Below are positions 41,396 through 54,802 of a DNA stretch of 64,000 bases, in pieces; the first letter of the stretch is position 1, and every line of letters begins with the position of its first letter. Made by a program: the position numbers and the translations under genes. The notes under the pieces were generated by a model, which saw only the letters and a list, made by a program, of their open reading frames with translations, searched no databases and had not been told where the DNA came from. Origin of the DNA: the human T2T-CHM13v2.0 reference genome, Homo sapiens; assembly GCF_009914755.1 (NCBI RefSeq), contig NC_060930.1. One strand, given 5' to 3'.

Positions 41396-41850
41396 TGTAT
41401 TAGTTTGGGTTCTCTAGAGAAAGTGAACCAATAGAACATGTATATTTCTGTGTGTTTGTGTGTCTGTGTGTGTATGTGTGCATGTGTGCAAAATCCCAAG
41501 ATCTGCTGCTGGAGACCCAGGAGAGCCAGTGTTATAAATTCCAGTCTGAGTCTGAGTCTCAAGGCAGAAGACTGATGTCCCAACTAAAGACAGGCAGAAA
41601 GAGAGAGGAAAGGAGAGACAGAGAGAGAGAGAATTTTTTCCTACTTACCTTTTTTAATCCATTCAAGCTGCTGATGGATTGGTTGAGGCCCACTCACGTT
41701 GGAAAGAGCAATCTGTTTTTCTCAGTATACTGATTCAAATGTTAGTTTAATTGAGAAACGCCCCCATAGATGCACCCTAAAATAATGTTTAACCAAATAT
41801 CCGGGTACCCTGTGGCCCAGTGAAGTTGACACATAAAATTAATCATCACA
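41396..41850 (-). mobile_element. MLT2B-family solo LTR
   Basis: tgtattagtttgggttctctagagaaa..gaagactgatgtccca..gtggcccagtgaagttgacacataaaattaatcatcaca. Confidence 0.9.
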
Positions 41851-42096
41851 AAAACAAATGAGTTTCTAAGTCAGAATGAGATAATTGGAAGGTCTGGTTA
41901 CTCTGAAGAGTAACATTAAATTGGGACCTTCAGATGAGTGAGTTAGGTAGCGGAGTCATTGGGGGTGTTGAAGGCAGGTAAGAGAAGTTTAGATGGGGGA
42001 GTTATATATCTTTGAATCTAGTACAATATTAGAGCGTAGGAAAGATCAGAAGAAGTACCTTATTTCTATCTAGTAATGTAGAAAGCCCAGGAACTC

Positions 42097-42204
42097 TTGG
42101 TGTCTCTCTATTATCTGGCCAGAGTAAAGCCAGCTGTAAGCAACATATAGCTGTAAGCAACTTACAGCTGGCTCTACTATGGCCAAACAGTAGAGAGATG
42201 CCAA
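42097..42204. repeat. Long gapless inverted repeat (44-bp arms, 20-nt loop)
   Basis: 42097-42140 against the reverse complement of 42161-42204: 37/44 identical, no gaps. Confidence 0.9.
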
Positions 42205-45039
42205 TACTCAGGTATTGTAAAGAGTAGATCACCGGCGCTATTCAGTTTTTCAAAAACAAGAACTCTTTTTAAGTAATGAGCTTCCTGCACCTTTGTACAC
42301 ACTTATGCCCCAGTCTTATCTAAATAACATCTAAGAGAAAAGAATAATCCACAAGAAAAACTTTCCATCTAAGCCATATTTATGTCCTGATTTTATCCTT
42401 CAGAGCCCTTGCTTCTTGAAAAACACTCCAGGAAGAAGTCATGATGTTTTTTTCACATCATTCTTTCCATTAGATTGAGGTAGGGTAGACCTGTGACCGA
42501 CCACAGGCAAGTAGTTTAAAGACTTTTCATCTGCAAGCTCTAACTTGGTTTCACTGACCTCAAGACATGTGTTTGAGAGACCATGAACAAAGGATTTCAT
42601 GCCAAAAGGAGGAAACAATAAAAAGTTATCTCTATAACAGCCTTGAAAAATGCCAATTTTTTTTCAGGAATATCACTAAAATATACTTGCATAAGAACAG
42701 TTATTATTGTGGAAAAAGCAAAGCAATTTCATTGCCTTGGCACCACCTCTTTAGCATCAACGGAATACCCTTTCTCCGCCACATATTTCATGTGCTATAG
42801 TAAAAGAAATCTACTGAGATTCTGGGTTTACATTTGCAGTCTTCATACACCACATGCACATTCTGATATTCTTTCATAGATGTTGTACCCATTATAACTC
42901 GTGTCCCATCACAAGAAAGTGAGTTTTAATTTTAAATATTTTAAATATGAATATCATAATTTACTGTTTTCATGTAGTATTAACATTGTTCCTTAGAGCC
43001 CAGGCATATAATGTAGTTTCCTGACATTATAGCAGATCCATTTTTAAGGGTGGAAAAAAACCCAGTATCTTCATTACTTATGAATAATTTGGGCCCTCCA
43101 GAAATCCAGCTGTGTTCCCATAGAAACCTCATTGGCCTAGATGTGGTGTCATCGGCCAAGAAAAGCTAAAATTCAACCACTGTATTACAAATTGTTAATT
43201 CAAGTAAATATTGAATCATCTAATTACTGATTACAGATAAAACTTTCCCCAATTCTTTAAGAAGTTCAGAAAATATCCATTAAATATGATTGGTCAATAA
43301 TGAAATACCAGAGTGAGGTGGGAAGTGTTGGCTGAAATGGTGAAATTTACTATTTTTTTAAATGCAGCAAACAATTTCTGAAAATATATCTTAGTGACAA
43401 AACTATTTTAATGATGGTTATAAAAGCTAAGTACAACTTGCTAAATTAGTTCTAATCTTATCCTAACAACAGAAGGGGCTTGTAGCTATTATGTTTTCTA
43501 GAGAAAACTCAGAGGATGCCATCATAAGGCAACTTTATTTTTCACAATGGCTGTTATCTTTAAACTTGCATTAAAGAGTAATTAATAATTTTCTTCTAAC
43601 CTTAAGTGACAGAATAAGCTTGACAGCTTAGATAATGAAAAGTCCTACATTCACTTCTTATCACAAGAGTCTGTGTTTCGTAACATGTCCAGTCCGGTGT
43701 AATAGTAAGCAACTTTGTATTTTGAGTAAGATGAAAGTTTCTGCCTTCCCTTGGAGAGAGCCTGGTAAAATCGAGAGTCCTCAGTCTGACTTGGGGAGGC
43801 CTTTAGGCAGTTTTTTTCCTTAGACAGTAACATCTCTTCAACCAACAACTAACAACTACTGTTTGAAATGGAAGGAAGCAGGGAGAAAAGTCAAGAAAAC
43901 ATAAAAGGTCTTCTTTGACAGACACTGGTCAGTTAGTATCAATCCTCTGTAAAGCTACTAGGACTCAAAGCTGACTTTTCTCTTGGGGCACTTTCATGGA
44001 TTCTGTGGAGACCTTCTCCCCACCCCAAATACAGGAGATGCATCCCCTTCAAATGGTTGTTTATGTCCTCCATCATCCCTGAGCATCTGGATACTCTTCC
44101 AATTTTTCTCTGCTAAATTCTCCTTAGCCCTCTAGGTAGCACTTGTGGGAAGACTTAAGAAAATTTCTCAGCCTTGTTTTTCGTTTTGTATGACCGATAT
44201 CTGGTCCACGGGAATCACAGTGGCTTTGAGTCATCATGTGTGGGAGTGCGATCCTCTTGTTTCAGCTCCTTCACAGACAGCTCCAGCTTTTTACCTATGA
44301 GATGTCTCAGATATGGTAGCTAAAAAGATTAAGGAACGTATCTTGAGTAATCCTGCTGTTCTCTTGAAGATCTCTCACTAGTTTAGGAGAAAGACCAGGA
44401 AGATAGGGGAGGTACCACAGTATAATAATCTCCAGGGAAGTCCTCCCTTTGATATTCAGCATTCTGTGGCCAATTCAACTGCAACCGTATCAAACTCCTG
44501 ATATGAAGGAAAGAAAAGGATAGCAAAACTGGTTTTTAAACAACACTTTTAGAAGTCTTGCACAGGCTATACTTCATTTTCATTTTGAAGTATGTATTTA
44601 GAATCTATTTCCTTGGGACTTCAATCAGAAATATAAAATAGTTTCCCATTTTAACACTCAGGTATAGTAGCCATTAATATTCTTATTTGGAAAATAAATT
44701 ACATTCTAATAATAAATTAACACCAAATTTAATAATGAAAATAAATTTAAGTTCTGCCTAATTATGAAACTATTTTATGTGAGCACTGAGTACACTTAAA
44801 TAATGGGATTATTAGAGTATTTGTATGTTCATCAAAATAATAGAAATTTTATGTAATTAAGTTAAATTCACTTACCAAAACAAATGAATATAGGATATTT
44901 TTAAACCATGCAATATATTAGTATAAATGAGTATGGCAAATCTGAACAACTAGATAAATTTCCTTTCTTTGCCTACAATGACTCAACCAGATGTTTGGCT
45001 TCTGCTTTGTTATAACCTGGAATGCACCTTTGTTTGCTT

Positions 45040-45591
45040 CCAAATCCCTTTGTGATAACTGTGTTGTAAATATCCTTTAGAGATGAGTGTGAAAGAATGA
45101 CTCTATCCTGAAACTCAAGGGCAAGTTCTGCTTCATTTAAGCCGATCAGTAAAGCCATTTCCTAGCTTCATGATTGGCTAAGGGATAGGGATAGGAGACA
45201 AAATTTGGACGAACAGGGCAAAAGGAGAAGGTCATTGGTGATTTCTGGGAAAAGCACTTCCTCCTTCTTTCCAGAGAGCAATTCAGGGAGTTGCTGTCTC
45301 TTCCTAATGGACATGAACTGAGGAAAACTGTAGCCCTAGTGTTATTTTGGTAGGCATGTTGCAATTTCAGGAAAAATCAACTTCAAGTGATAACAATACT
45401 GTGAGAAACAAAAAAGAGATGAAAAGAAACCAGAATTTTCATGCCTTTTGGAGTGACTGTAATAAAACTAGCCCAAAGTATGCTCTTCCTTTGAACTCTT
45501 TAGCTATCTGAGCAAGTAAACTCCCTTTGTTCTTCAGGAAAGATGTAATAGATTTTCTGTTGCTTGCATATGAAACCATCTGGAGTAACAC
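45040..45591 (+). mobile_element. Old MLT1 (I/J/K-like) LTR
   Basis: aagccgatcag..catgattggctaagggatagg..ttctgggaaaag..; ends ttttctgttgcttgcatatgaaaccatctggagtaacaca. Confidence 0.6.
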
Positions 45592-46359
45592 AATGCCTGC
45601 TCAGAACATTATCTATGTATCACTAGCAAGCTCACTATTAGGAGTATAATTGGGTGTGCATTATTTCTACCAAAGGCATGTGAGTGGTCTTAATTAAAAC
45701 CGCTTCTGTATTTGTGTTCTGATCATTTATTTGCTCTACAATTGATCGGTAGGTGGATGGTTTGACCAATTACTGCTCATGCTGTTTCTTCTACAGTCAT
45801 TGTTAAAAATGCTCTAATGGACAGACTTGCAATATGGGCACCTGTGATTCTATGCTAACTTTGCTGTTGATCTCTGAACACAAGTCCTAGATGATTCTTT
45901 TTCACTCACTCCCCATGCTCTGCCACAGTATCTGTTACTGCATTTGCTCTTTTCTTCAAGATTGTACCATCGAGAGACAAAGTTTACCCTCAGTAAATAG
46001 GAGAACTGTTCAGAACTGTTCATTTGAAGAAATACACCCTGAGGTTATATACAAATAATCCTCCAGACATTTTAATAGAATAAGATTATCTCAGTGTTTT
46101 ATTAATTTTATTATATCATTTCACTAAATATCTATCATTTATCTATCTTTAGTGCAATTATATCAATTTTATATAAAACTATTGTATATAACATATAAAT
46201 ATCTAAAATATCTAAATACTCAGAAATATCTAAAACATACAGAAATATATGTAGTATATAACGTGTGTGTGTATCTACACACATACACACACAGACATAC
46301 ACGTATTTATTACACAGAAAGGCTTCTGCTTTCTGGCCCCACTTTCACAGTGGGGTTTG

Positions 46360-46535
46360 GGGATGAACCTACATTGACACATCATCACCTTAAGTCTGTA
46401 ATTTACATTAGGGTTCACTCATGGTATACATAATTTACACTAGGGTTTACTCTTGGTATACAATCTATGTGTTTTGACAAATGTATAATGACATGTGTCC
46501 AGCATTGTAGTATCACACAGAATAGTTGCATAGCA
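46360..46535 (-). mobile_element. L1MC 3'UTR fragment with tandem duplication of about 32 bp
   Basis: gatgaacctacattgacacatcat..; taatttacattagggttcactcatggtataca occurs twice. Confidence 0.75.
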
Positions 46536-47239
46536 ATATTTTAAAAATAGCATTTATTGGACTAATTAATCTGTCTCCAATTTTTGATTTGACAAATAGG
46601 AACTAAGAAATCTTAGAAGAGACCTTAGAGATCCCATCAATGGACTATGGTTCTGATTCATGAATGCTTAATATGCTACTAATCTATCAATGCTTCATAT
46701 GGACCAATCTCAGTAATAACAGAGATACCAATTAAATAAATTGCAACTATGGCTTCCTATGAAAGGAAGCAGAAACATAGGCAGCCTCCTTTACAGAATG
46801 GGGAAATCTTTTTATTTTGAAGGGAAAGCATATAATGCAGAAAGAAGCACAATTAAATATCCATTGCATCCAAACTGAAGTCATTGTGTAAATGAGTTGT
46901 GCACCACTATTTATTTATGAAGGTATTGAACATTCATTCTGGCAAAACAATTTATTCAGTTTTAGAGGGCATTATTATGAGTTCATTAGATTTCTATAAT
47001 CTGCACTTCTTAGAGATTTTTTTCTTTTGTTGTTGTCAAGCGAGACCACGATTGAAACACTTACTCTCAAAGTTTTCTCTGACATTTATCTCTTCTATGG
47101 TAAATTGTACAAAATGTTAAGGCCTCATATATACTACAAAGCATTTATCAACTGTTGAGTAGAACCCCAAACTAGTGCTTTGTCCTTCTGGCATCACCTT
47201 CAGAGCCCACAGTTGCTGAAGAGGATTGATTTTGATCAG

Positions 47240-47619
47240 TGTTTTAGTCTGTTTTCTTTCGCTGTAACAAAATACCATAGACTAAGTAATTTCTAAAGAA
47301 AAGAAATTTGTTTATTACAGTTCTGGAGGACAGAATGTCCCAGAGCAGGTGCTGGTGTCTGGTGAGGGCCTTTGTACTGCGTTATCCCATGGCAGAAGAG
47401 CAGAAGGACAAGCATTTGCCTGCAAAAGAAAGGAGCACCAGGGGTTAGGCTCACTTTTATATTATAACAACCTGTTAATGTGATAATGAACCCATTCCCA
47501 AAATAACAAATTAATCCATTCCTGAAGGCTCCACCCTCATGACCTAATCACTCCTAATGCTGTTACAGTGGCAATGAAATTTCAACATGATTTTTTGAGG
47601 GGACATTCAAACCATAGCA
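47240..47619 (-). mobile_element. MST (MSTB/C-like) MaLR solo LTR
   Basis: tgttttagtctgttttc..tctggtgagggcc..ccctcatgacctaatcac..tttcaacatga..cattcaaaccatagca. Confidence 0.9.
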
Positions 47620-48217
47620 ACCGGGAACCTAGGTTTGTTTCTTAAGCTTAATTAGTGCAATGACAGTTGTAACTCTGAAGGATATAACTCTCCTTCAACT
47701 GACAATGTAGATAAATTGCATTATAGTAATAGTATATGTAAGATAACTCAATCATAAGTTTATTGCAGTCCACACCCTGTCAAAGACTCTCTTGAGATGC
47801 TTGATATTTGACAGTCTACCTCGCATATGAACTATTGATTCCTGTAGCTTCTCCAATTTTATCTTTTTATCAATTACATCATCTATAAATGCGGCATCTA
47901 AACTTTATTATCTTTATGCTAATTCCATACTCCTTGCTTTATTGTGATCTGCTTACTCTCCTCTTCAACTCCAATAAATATCTTTGTTTATAGTTTCTGT
48001 CTGCCAACCTAGGAAACATAATCATTATGAAATGGTAAAAGAGATTTTTAGTATGAGGGTGAGGGTGTAGAGAGTACATAAACATCCTTTCTTTTAAGCT
48101 TATCCATGTTAGCCTTTAAAGGAGGAAATATGCTTTAGTAGCAGAAAAAAGTCAATTCTAAAATTGTATTTATTTTTAATTTTTGGAAAATTGTGTTCCT
48201 ATGACACTAATGTATAG

Positions 48218-48338
48218 AGTTAGGGATGGGGTTTCTCCATGTTGGTCAGGCTGGTATTGAACTCCCGACCTCAGGTGATCCGCCTGCCTCAGCCTCCAAA
48301 AGTGCTGGGATTACAGGCGTGACCCAACATGCCCGGCC
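48218..48338 (-). mobile_element. AluSp left-arm fragment only
   Basis: ggggtttctccatgttggtcaggctgg..cccgacctcaggtgatccgcc..gcccggcc; right arm and tail absent. Confidence 0.9.
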
Positions 48339-48819
48339 AAACTTGTGACATTCTGAATAGTGTTGCACAGGTTAACTTCTCTGGGTACCAATGTCTTGGT
48401 CTGTAAAATTAAAAGGGTAGCTAGTGGTGATTTTCATACTAGATCAGTGATTTTTGTGCCTCTTGGAGCCATAGGGACCGGAAGGAGCCTCCTATTAGCC
48501 ATTAAGAGAGAGCAGAATAGAGAGGGCATGAGCTGGAGCTGTTGTGCTGCTTAACTTCCTCACCACCCTTTCACAAAAGTAACCAAAGTCACGTTAAACT
48601 TTACCCACTGAGTAAACTTTCTTCAGGATTGTTTTTGAATAAGGGATTCTTCAATGTTTACAAAAATGGAATAAAAGTCTAAGAATTCTTCTAGAGTCCC
48701 ATAATTCTATGAATTTATGTTTTGTCCTAAAAATCTCTTCTACATTATATTCTTCAAAAATTATGGGAGTAAGCAAAATGTTATAGGGATAACACCCAAA
48801 CAAAATAGTGTATATTTGT

Positions 48820-49020
48820 AATAAAAATAACTATCATGTACTGAGTGTTTATGCTAAGACTTATATACACACTTAATGAATAAACCCATTTAGTGCTCAC
48901 AACAGACCTATAAGATTGGCACTACAGGCATTATTTCTAAGATCACATAAATATAGAAGGTAGGATTTGAACCCAGGCTGACTTGCTCTAGAGCTCTAAC
49001 ATTTAACTACAACTATGTAT
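48820..49020 (-). mobile_element. MIR
   Basis: tactgagtgtttatgctaagac..catttagtgctcacaaca..ggatttgaacccaggctgacttgctctagagc. Confidence 0.75.
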
Positions 49021-49254
49021 ACTTTCTGTCTAATATAAGACATTAGAAGCACAAGGCAACATGTCAGTTGCTCTCAGGAGTAAATAAAAGGACTTAATTA
49101 TTTGGGAAAGTTATGAAAAAATGCTTAAAGTGAAGCTCTGTAGATCAAATATTATTGGCATTGCAAGACTGAAAGTGGTTGATACATTGTTTACAACACT
49201 TTGCATACATTGTTTTCTACTAAGCTGCTGAAAAGCAATACATAAATAACCAAA

Positions 49255-50395
49255 TAATAAAATTTCAAGAGAATGAGAAAACAAGTTATAGGCTGGGAGA
49301 AAATATTAACAAAAGACAAATCTGATAAAGGACTGTTGTCCATATACAAAGAACTCTGAAAACTCACTAATAAGAAAACAAATAACCCAATTAAAATATG
49401 GGCCAAAGGCCTTCATAGTCACCTCACCGAAGAAGGTATACAGATGGCAAATAATCATATGAAAAGATGCTTCTCATCACATTTCATCAAAGAAATACAA
49501 ATTAAAACAAAAAAGAGATATCACCACAAACCTATTAGAATGGCCAAAATCCAGAACACTGACAACACACAATGTTGGCAAGGATGTGGAACAACAGGAA
49601 CTCCCATGTTTTATTGGTGGGAATGCAAAATGGCACAGCCACTTTTAAAGACAATTTGGCAGTTTTTTACAAAACTAAACACACTCTTACCGTGCAATCT
49701 AGCAGTCACACTCTTTGGTATTTACCCAAAAGAGTTGAAAATTTATATCCACAGAAAAACCTGCATATGGAAGTTTATAGCAGCTTTATTTATAATTACC
49801 AAATCTTGGAAGCAATCAAGATGTCTTTTGTAGTGAATGAATAAACTGGCACATCCAGACAATGAAATATTATTCAGTACTAAAAAGAAATAAGCTATCA
49901 AGCCATCAAGACACATGAAGGAAACGTAAGTGCATATTTCTAAGTGAGAGATGTCAATCTGAAAAAACTACATACTATATAATTCCAATTATTTGACATT
50001 CTGGAAAAAGTAAAACTATAGAGACAATAAAAAGATGAGTGGGTACCAAGGGTTGAAGGCAGGGAGGGATGAACAGGAAGAACATGGAGGATTCTTAGGG
50101 CAGTGAAACTATTCTGTATGCTACTGTAATGTTGGATACATGTCATTAAACATTTATCCATGCCCATACAATGTGCAACACTGAGAGTGAATTCTAATGT
50201 AAACTATAAACTTTTGGTGATTATGATGTGTCAACATATCCTCATCAGCTGTGACACATGTACCACTCTGGTGCGTGATGTTAATAATGGAGGAAGCTAA
50301 GCACACGTGGAGGCAAGGCTATACAGGAAATCACCATACCTTCCACTCAATTTTACTGAGGATGTAACATTGCTCTTAAAATAGTCTTTAAAAAG
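49255..50395 (+). mobile_element. L1MC1/2-like 3' end (ORF2 C-terminus plus 3'UTR)
   Basis: ORF2 peptide MANNHMKRCFSS..CWQGCG..WWECKMAQPL (49444-49833); L1MC-type UTR ends ccttccactcaatttt..tgctcttaaaatagtcttt. Confidence 0.92.
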
Positions 50396-51200
50396 GAGTG
50401 GATTTAAGGGCAACACTTTAAATGTCTTTCCACAGCAATGCCAAGTCAAATTCCACTGACCGGAATTTGCAGTACTATGTTGAATATGGTGAGAGTGGGC
50501 AACTTCACCTTATTCCTGATCTTAGGGGAACAGATAATTTCAACAAAGAGATGAAAACTATAAAAAATCAAATGGAAATGCAAGAAATCAAAGGCAAGAT
50601 GACAGATTTAGTTTTTAATGATTAAATATAATGTTAGTTGTGTCATGTCATATACTATATCAGGTTCAGGAAGTTATCTTCTGTTCCTAGTTTCTTGAAA
50701 GTTCTTTCCACGGAAATCATCATATCTTTGTTTGTTTTCTTTTGTGTGTTGATATGGTGAATTATATTGACAAATATCTGAATGTTAAATTAGCCTTTTT
50801 AATTATTTCATTATACCTTACTTTAACCATGATATATTATTATTTGTATATATTATTGGATTTTTATTTGCTTATAATTTATTGAGGTTTTACATCTATA
50901 TTCATGAGGGAAATAGGTCTGAAATTTTGTTTTCTTGTAATACCTTTGTCTATTTTTTCTGTAAGCGTACATCTTAGCCTCATAAAGTGAATCAGGGAGT
51001 GCTGTCTCCTCCACTACATTCTGGGAAAGTTAGTGTAGAATTGGTATTATTTCTTAATTAAATGTTTGGTAAAAGTCACTGGTAAAGCCACCTGGTCCTA
51101 AAGTTTTCTTTCTGGAAGTACATCGCTTACACATTCAATTTTTTAAATAGAGATTAGACAATTTAGGTTATTTATTGGATAAGCTTTGGCAGTTTGTGTC

Positions 51201-51911
51201 TTTATTAGTTTGTTAGGGCTGGCATAACAAAGTACCACACACTCGTGGATTAAGCAGTGAAAATTTATTTTCTCACAGTTCTAGAGGCCAGAAGTCAGAG
51301 TTCAAGGTGTTGACAAGGTTGTTTCTTCTGAGGCCTCTCTTCTTGGCTTGTAGATCTATCTTCTTTGTCTATCCACACATCATCATCCCTTAGTCCAGGT
51401 AGTTTATGTCATAATCTCCCCTTGTTTTTAATTTTTTTAAATTTTTAACTTTTGTGGGTACATAGTAGATGCATATATTTATATGGTACATGAGATGTTT
51501 TGATACAGACATGCAATGTGAAATAATCACCTCATGGAGAATGAGATATCCATTCCCTCAAGCATTTATCCTTTTTGTTACAAACAATCCAATTATGCTC
51601 TTTTAGTTATTTTTAATGTACAATTAAGTTATTGTTGACTGTAGTCACCCTGTTGTGTTATCAAATAATATGTCTTATTAATTCTTCTAGTTTTTTGTAC
51701 ACGTTAACCATCCCCACCTGCCCTCCAGCCCCCCAATACCCTTCCCTTACTAGCACACTAGTTATATTGCATTAAGGCTCACCTATATGAGTTTATTTTA
51801 CCTTAATTATCTCTGTTAAGGCCCTATCTCTAAATGTAGTCACATTCTGATGTACTGGGGGTTGGGACTCCAACATATGAATTTTGATGTGACACAATTC
51901 ATTCCATAACA
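51201..51911 (-). mobile_element. MLT1B solo LTR (split by L1MA) with perfect TSD GTGTC
   Basis: gtgtc|tttattagtttgttagggctggcataacaaagtaccac ... gacacaattcattccataaca|gtgtc. Confidence 0.9.
51424..51747 (-). mobile_element. L1MA 3' end nested in MLT1B
   Basis: polyT-gtgggtacatagtag..ggtacatgagatgttttgatacagacatgcaatg. Confidence 0.9.
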
Positions 51912-52332
51912 GTGTCATTCAAGGAATTTGTCTACTTCATCTAAGTTGCCAGAATTATGAGTATAGAGCTGTTCATAGCATTCCTTATTAAACTTTCATT
52001 CTGTAGAGTTTAGAGTTGTGCCTCTTCTTTTATTCTTGGTGGTGGTATTCTGTGTCTTTCCTTTCTTCTTGATCAATGGGGTCACATATTTACCAATAAT
52101 ACTGTCTTTTCCAAGAAACAGCTCATAGTTTATTTTGTCTATTGTTTTTCTGCTCTCAATGTCATTGACTTCTGATTTTATCTAAATTATCTTCTTCTGT
52201 CTAATTGCCCTGGGTTCAGTTTTCTCTTGTTATATTTTCTTAAGCCTGAAACTTAGATCACTGATTTGTAATCTTTTTAAATATGGATACTTAATGCCAC
52301 AAATAGCCCTCTAAGCATTGCTTTAGCTGCAT

Positions 52333-52518
52333 CCAGTAGTATGCTAGGTTCAACTTATACTGGCTCATGAGAGCTAATTGTGGAGTCTCTGCCCAACTCC
52401 ATTTTCTGTGATGTCAATCATGATGGAAACATTTACAACATGAAAACTGGCAAATGCTACAAATCTGTATCTTTTTTTTCCCAGAGAGCTGACTGTTGAA
52501 CATTTACTATGACGGTGT
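52333..52518. mobile_element. MER63-like hAT MITE
   Basis: ccagtagtatgctagg..ggctcatgagagctaattgtg..ggcaaatgctacaaatc..gagagctgactgttgaacattta. Confidence 0.75.
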
Positions 52519-53809
52519 TCTCATATGTCCTATTAATTTTGGTAGATCATGTTTTCATTTTTACTTAAGCCAAAATATTTTCTCATTTCTCTTTTGATTT
52601 CCTCTTTGGCTCATGAGTTATTTAAAAGGGTGTTGTTTAATTTGGACATATTTGAACATTTCCCCAGATATCCTTCTGTTACTAATTTCTAGTTTATTTT
52701 ACTCATAATCCAAATACATACTTTGTGTAATTTCAATTTTTAAAAATGTGTTAGGATTTGTTTGTAATTAAAATATAGTTTACTTATAGTCTAGAGTGTT
52801 CCATGTGCATTTGAAATAATAATATATCAAACTATAGTTAGACGGAATAAAAATATCTGTTAGACCAAGCTAGGTCAGAGTGTGGTTTAGCTTTCTATAT
52901 CTTTTAAGTTTTCTTTTTATTTGTTCTATCAATTACTAAGAAAAGAGGGTTGAAGAATTCAACTATGGGCATAAATTTGTTAATTTCTCCTTTCAATTTT
53001 AAAAAGTTTTTGCTTTATACATTATAAGGTTCTATTATTAGATCCATACACATATAGCATTGTTATATCTTCCTTATGGATTAATCCCTTTATCATTATG
53101 TAATATTTTATATTTCATTTGTTTAGTAATTGTTTTCAAGGTTCATTTATGTTATAGTTGTACTTGATTTCTTTTTATGGCTGAATATTATTTCACATTT
53201 TGTTTATTCAGTAATCCATTGATTGGCATTTTGGTTGATTTAACTTTTTATTTTTTTTACTTTTAACCTGTTTCTTTCATACTTTAAGTGAGTATCTTTC
53301 AGGTAGCATATAACAGCATACAAGTGTATCTTCCTTTTACATATTCTGGCACTCTCTTTCCTTTTAATTAGTTTATTTTCATCATATTAATTATGGTATA
53401 ATTGTATTAACATTTGTTGTCTTCTTAGATGCTTTCCTATTTGTTATATATGTTTCTATTTCTCTTATTTCTTTGGGATTGGGTTTTCAATGATTCATTT
53501 GTCTTTATGATTGCCTTATTATTTATATCTGTCTGAATTTTTTTTTAGTGGTTGCCATTGGGTTTATAATGCTCATCTTTAATGAAAATATGCCTTCCAA
53601 TAATTTTATACTACTTCATATTCAGTGTAAGGACATAATAACAGGAAACTTCCACTTCTTTCCTCTCATATTTTGTGTCATATTTCTCATAAATTTCTTC
53701 TGACATATTTTATAAATTCATTGCAACTATGTTTGCTTGTGACAATTATCTTTTAGAAAAACTAAAATAAGAAAAAAATGAATTTTATGTTTATCTTGAT
53801 TACTAGGTG

Positions 53810-54090
53810 TTTTTTGAGACAGGGTCTCACTCTGTCACCCAGGCTGGAGTGCAGTGGTACCATCTCAACTCACCACAACTTCTGCCTCCCAGGCTCAAGC
53901 AATTCTCATGCCTCAGCCTCCCAAGCAGCTGAGACTACAAGCATGGGCCACCACGCCGGACTAATTTTTTGCATTTTAAGGAGAGACATGGTTTTGCCAT
54001 ATTGGTCAGGCTAGTCTTGAGCTCAGGCAATCTTCCTACCTCAGTCTCCAAAAGTACTAGGATTACAGGAGTGAGCCACTGCCCCTGGCC
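53810..54090 (-). mobile_element. AluJ (Jb-like)
   Basis: gagacagggtctcactctgtcacccagg..ggctcaagcaat..; heavily CpG-decayed. Confidence 0.9.
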
Positions 54091-54754
54091 ATTTATCCAA
54101 ATTTCTTTTTGTCATCATATTCCTCTGCCTAAAGAACTTCCTCTAACATTGTAGTGCAGGTCTGCTGGCAATGAATTCTCTCTCTCTCCCTCTCTTTCTC
54201 TCATTCTTTAATTTTCCATTGTATTTTTGAAAAATATTTTCACAGGGCATAAAATTCTCACTTGACCATTTTTTTGTCTTTCGACAGTTTAAAGATGTCA
54301 CTCTATTGTATTCTGGATTGTAAAATTTATGATAAAAATGTTTTTGTTATTCCTATCTTTGTTCCTCTAGATGTAATATATTTTATTTTCTGGTTGTGTT
54401 TGATTTTTCAGAAGTTCAAATATGATATGTCCAAGGATTTGTGTGTGTATTATGTGCTCATTCCTGTTGTTAGTCTCTGAGCTTATTGTATTTGTGACTT
54501 CATGGATAAAAAATTCTCTGCCATAATACCCTCAAATTTCATTTGTTACTTTATTTTCTCCCTCCAAGATTTCAATTATGCATGTTAGGTTGTTTGGTGT
54601 TTTTTTCACAGATTTTGAATATTCTGTTTTTTTCTTCCTTGTGTTCAGTTTGATTGACTTTTATCCTTTATCTCCAATTTTACAATTTTACCTTCAATTT
54701 CACTTCAGTTTTCAGTCTAATGATGAGCCATCAAAGACATTTTCATCTCTGTTA

Positions 54755-54756
<2 letters not shown>

Positions 54757-54800
<44 letters not shown>
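54757..54800. repeat. (GT)22 microsatellite
   Basis: 44 nt pure GT run. Confidence 0.97.

Positions 54801-54802
<2 letters not shown>

Noticed and set aside
49444-49833. 129-aa ORF with real protein similarity (also 26313-26552)
   Set aside because: C-terminal fragments of dead L1 ORF2 in 5'-truncated copies.
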